From: Octopus bimaculoides
Taxonomy: Eukaryota
Assembly (NCBI RefSeq): GCF_001194135.2
Contig: NC_068981.1
Span: 114,311,605-114,362,781, forward strand
Direction of reading: 5' to 3'
Length of the DNA: 51,177 nt
Part shown: positions 47,718 to 51,177 of the stretch, in pieces
Position numbering within the stretch: the stretch's first letter is position 1
Layout: the number at the start of each line of letters is the position of its first letter
Position numbers and translations under genes: made by a program
Notes under the pieces: model-generated
Seen by the model: only the letters and a program-made list of their open reading frames with translations
Database searches by the model: none
Told to the model about the DNA's origin: nothing

Positions 47718-47982
47718 AATCTATGCCTTTAATCCTTTTAATATCGATGAAACAAAGTTCGAGGGCCAATATAATAGATTATATCTCACACTTAAAGATG
47801 TACCCTTCTTTTATAAAGCATTATAAATATTGTAAAACACAAATTCTTTAGTATTATTATGTATGTAAAGGTGGGGGGAGCTGCTAAAATAGTAATCGCA
47901 TCGGGTATGTAAGCTTACGATCACAGCATCATAGCGATACCTAAAACAATTAGCAAAAACTATATACGTATATGTATGTATG

Positions 47983-48023
<41 letters not shown>

Positions 48024-48024
48024 T

Positions 48025-48060
<36 letters not shown>

Positions 48061-48070
48061 NNNNNNNNNN

Positions 48071-48155
<85 letters not shown>
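47983..48155. repeat. (GATA)n microsatellite spanning a small gap
   Basis: Read directly. A similar array is at about 30070-30122. Confidence 0.97.
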
Positions 48156-48156
<1 letters not shown>

Positions 48157-48230
48157 GTGCATGCATACAGCCTCAATACAAATTTGAAAGCCTATTTCCA
48201 GATTAATTTTAAATGTTTTTCCTCTTTATT

Positions 48231-48360
48231 GAGGCAGTGTGGTGGCAGAATCGATAAATAAGTTTAATGAAATGCTTGCAGCATTCAGTTATATCCCTTT
48301 GCGTTTTGAGTTGAAATCCTACCAGAGCCAAGTTTTCTATTCGTTTCTCCAGAGTTGATG
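48231..48360 (+). mobile_element. SINE family B, highly decayed
   Basis: GAGGCAGTGTGGTGGCAGAATCG..AAATGCTT..GCGTTTTGAGTTGAAATCC aligns loosely to the 33148 head. Confidence 0.55.
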
Positions 48361-49537
48361 TGTCAATCATATGCAGAAGTCTTTTCAATGACTTGCATTT
48401 CAACAGTGTGTATACATGATGTATAAAAAGCAAACAAACCTGGAGAACTCTGTCATAACTTATGTCAACAGCAGCATCAAAATACATGAAAGATAAGTCC
48501 AGATTTTTCTTATGCACTTATCTCACAAGTGCATAAGGACTTGTGAGAAGTAGAACATAGTGAAGTAATTTTTAAAACATTTATAGAATTTATATGCAGA
48601 ATTTTAGAAATGTTTGAATGTCACAGGAAATTTGAGAAAGTTAAAGAATTGATGATTAGAAGTGGAGTGTAGGGAAGGAAACTGAAATAGAATGAAATTG
48701 TAAGGAAAGTAAAGATACATACTGAATGACTGTTTAAATAAGAAACACCATGGGACATAGAGTAAACGCCTGAGAAAGTAGTATAAAGCGAGAGGTCATG
48801 GGATGCAGGGAGTAAGGTGGGGTTGTTGAGAGAGAAATATATAGAAGGGAGGAGACTTATAAAATGAAAATAGGTCTTTATATGATTGAATGTAGGATTA
48901 AATGACAAAGCTAAAATAAGTCATAAATATTAACAAGTGTGTTCAGTTGGATGGAATAGAGAAGTAAAAAGTGAAGAGAAACGACGGAAGAAAGCTAAGT
49001 TAACATATGAGAAAAGTAAAAGGAAGTATATGAAACAATAAAGCGGAGAATGGAAAGTGAACGAAAACTCTAATCTCGGATAATGTGAAGAAAAAATAGT
49101 ATGAAAATAATTTTTAAAACATGAGAATAAATATGTGAGCGGAAAATGAAAATAGAAGAGAGAAAGAAAGTAAATAGCATGTGGTTGGATTTTCACACTA
49201 CTTAACGAGGGATTTGACAGTCAAGCTGAGATATGTAAGTTTGTAAATTAATATTATACATTGATGTGCAAGAGGGAATATTTTGCTATATCGAACATAT
49301 ACAGAAATAATTGGAAATTAGACATTTTCCGATCTAACATCAACTATATGCATGCAATATTTCTAGAAAGCTTCATTTCTGGTAAATAGGGACGTAATTA
49401 CGGAATAAGCAGTTTTCTCCAACACAGTATTACATTGTTTCAGTAACTGCGTACGTGTATGTGTCACTAAACGATAGCTTATATCAATATTCTTGCATAT
49501 ATATATAAACACGCACACGCACACGCACACACATACA

Positions 49538-49572
<35 letters not shown>

Positions 49573-49714
49573 TTAAGTACTATATATTATATATATTCAT
49601 ATGAATATATGTATACATACGTATATACATATATATATGTTTATTTGTATATATATACATATGTATATATGTATGTATGATGTATGTGTATATATATATG
49701 TATATACATGTGTG

Positions 49715-49760
<46 letters not shown>

Positions 49761-49791
49761 CGTGTGTGCATTTATGTATTTGTGTATTATA

Positions 49792-49835
<44 letters not shown>

Positions 49836-50460
49836 NNNNNNNNNNNNNNNNNNNNNNNNNNNNNNNNNNNNNNNNNNNNNNNNNNNNNNNNNNNNNNNNN
49901 NNNNNNNNNNNNNNNNNNNNNNNNNNNNNNNNNNNNNNNNNNGCATGCGTACGTACGTGTATAAATATATACATATACATATGCGCGTTTGTGCGCGAGT
50001 ATATATATCTGCGTATGAATGGAGAAAAAGAGAGTGAGAGAAAGAGTGTGTGTTTGTGTGTGGGTGAGTGTGTGTGTGTGTGTGCGTGTGTGCGCGCGTG
50101 TGCATGTATGTGTGTGTGTATATGCGTGTGTGCAAAGTATTTTTATTTATCGCTATGAGATTATGCCAATATACCCTCTGGATTATTGCTATATTTTATT
50201 GATCTCGGAAGTATGAAGGGCAAAGTTGACGTCAACATGGAAACTTAACGAATACCACCTGGCATGGAGTCCCAAGCTCTAACGAATCTGTCACTTCATC
50301 ACCTTTTGCGTGTATAAAATAAAATATTACTCAAACAGGTCAATGACATGAATGTAGATATTTAGTTTAAATGATGGTGTACGAGTGTATGTTCTTCAAA
50401 ATCGATTTTCATTTATTAAACATTACATCCGAGTTTTCTAAAGAAAATAATACACGAGGG

Positions 50461-50532
50461 GTGATAATACCTACCCATATACATGTGATAATACCTACCC
50501 ATATACATGTGGTAATATCTACCCATATACAT
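50461..50532. repeat. 24-bp minisatellite, 3 copies
   Basis: GTGATAATACCTACCCATATACAT twice, plus one variant with two substitutions. Confidence 0.95.
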
Positions 50533-50829
50533 GCACACACACACACACACACATAATATGCTTAGCCGTCACTTGCAACTGAGTATAACCCCGTAGCTTG
50601 TACCATGTCTATAGTATTTGTTTTAGGGGCTTCCGTAGATGCGAGCAGACTCACCATCCTGTTGGCCCTCCCCTTTGACCCAGTGGGACACTGCGAATGT
50701 GATACTTGCAGAGAGATAAACAGTTATACAAGCTTGAAACTTGTATAACAGCGTGAAATTTTAATTTTTCTTTCGAAACATAAACGTCGCCACACTCTGC
50801 CGAGTCGAGCGCACGCTTCATCCAATCCA

Positions 50830-51035
50830 CCACAACTTTAACGAACAGATTTCTTCACACGAATCGCCCGTGCCATGCCCGAAATCATTTCTCAGTCAAC
50901 CTGATTGCAATGGAGAAGAGCGGAGGCATTTGTCCGATAGCGGTAGGCAACGTCCTTCGATAATTTTCAGCCAAATTAGCCTGTAGATCAATCAAGGGTA
51001 ACCTGAACCAGGCACTTAGCTCTGTCCAACGGTAA
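50830..51035 (+). pseudogene. CRE-clade non-LTR retrotransposon RT fragment
   Basis: Translates TLTNRFLHTNRPCHARNHFSVNLIAMEKSGGICPIAVGNVLR*FSAK, matching the CRE-type A.L.AL.K..GG.RPIAVG..LRR motif. Confidence 0.65.
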
Positions 51036-51044
51036 TTGAGGGTT

Positions 51045-51177
51045 ATGGTTCCGGGTTCAGTCCCACTGCGTGGCATCTTGGGCAAGTGTCTTCTATTATA
51101 GCCTCGGGCCCACCAAAGCTTTGTGAGTGGATTTGGTAGACGGAAACTGAAAGCCCGTCGTATATATGTATATATAT
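51045..51177 (+). mobile_element. SINE family A, 5' part, runs to window end
   Basis: ATGGTTCCGGGTTCAGTCCCACTGCGTGGCATCTTGGGCAAGTGTCTTC..GGATTTGGTAGACGGAAACTGAAAG. Confidence 0.9.

Noticed and set aside
50461-50532. CRISPR-like arrays (also 9597-9684)
   Set aside because: These are contiguous tandem units without unique spacers, in eukaryotic DNA with no cas genes.

Overview
This is repeat-saturated, AT-rich eukaryotic genomic scaffold with many N gaps flanked by (TA)n/(CA)n. The SINE families and microsatellite load point to a coleoid cephalopod, probably Octopus (recognition from memory, not a database hit). I recognised no intact host gene, rRNA, tRNA or CRISPR array. The window consists mostly of decayed transposons: three mariner copies (one with both TIRs and a TA TSD), a pogo/Tigger remnant, RTE-BovB, RTE, RTE-X, R4/Dong and CRE LINE fragments, two Penelope-like elements (PLEs), a Helitron-like piece, three tRNA-derived SINE families and foldback elements. 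Several insertions are nested and keep their TSDs. The most notable signal is absent from the ORF track: up to seven minimal type I hammerhead-ribozyme-like motifs, each with a self-complementary stem III as read or after restoring one base. Some lie in or beside PLEs. The best preserved caps a 331-bp non-coding element with 56-bp inverted ends (9971-10301), predicted to fold into a rod-like RNA. Boundaries of decayed elements are approximate. All family calls come from motif recognition by eye.
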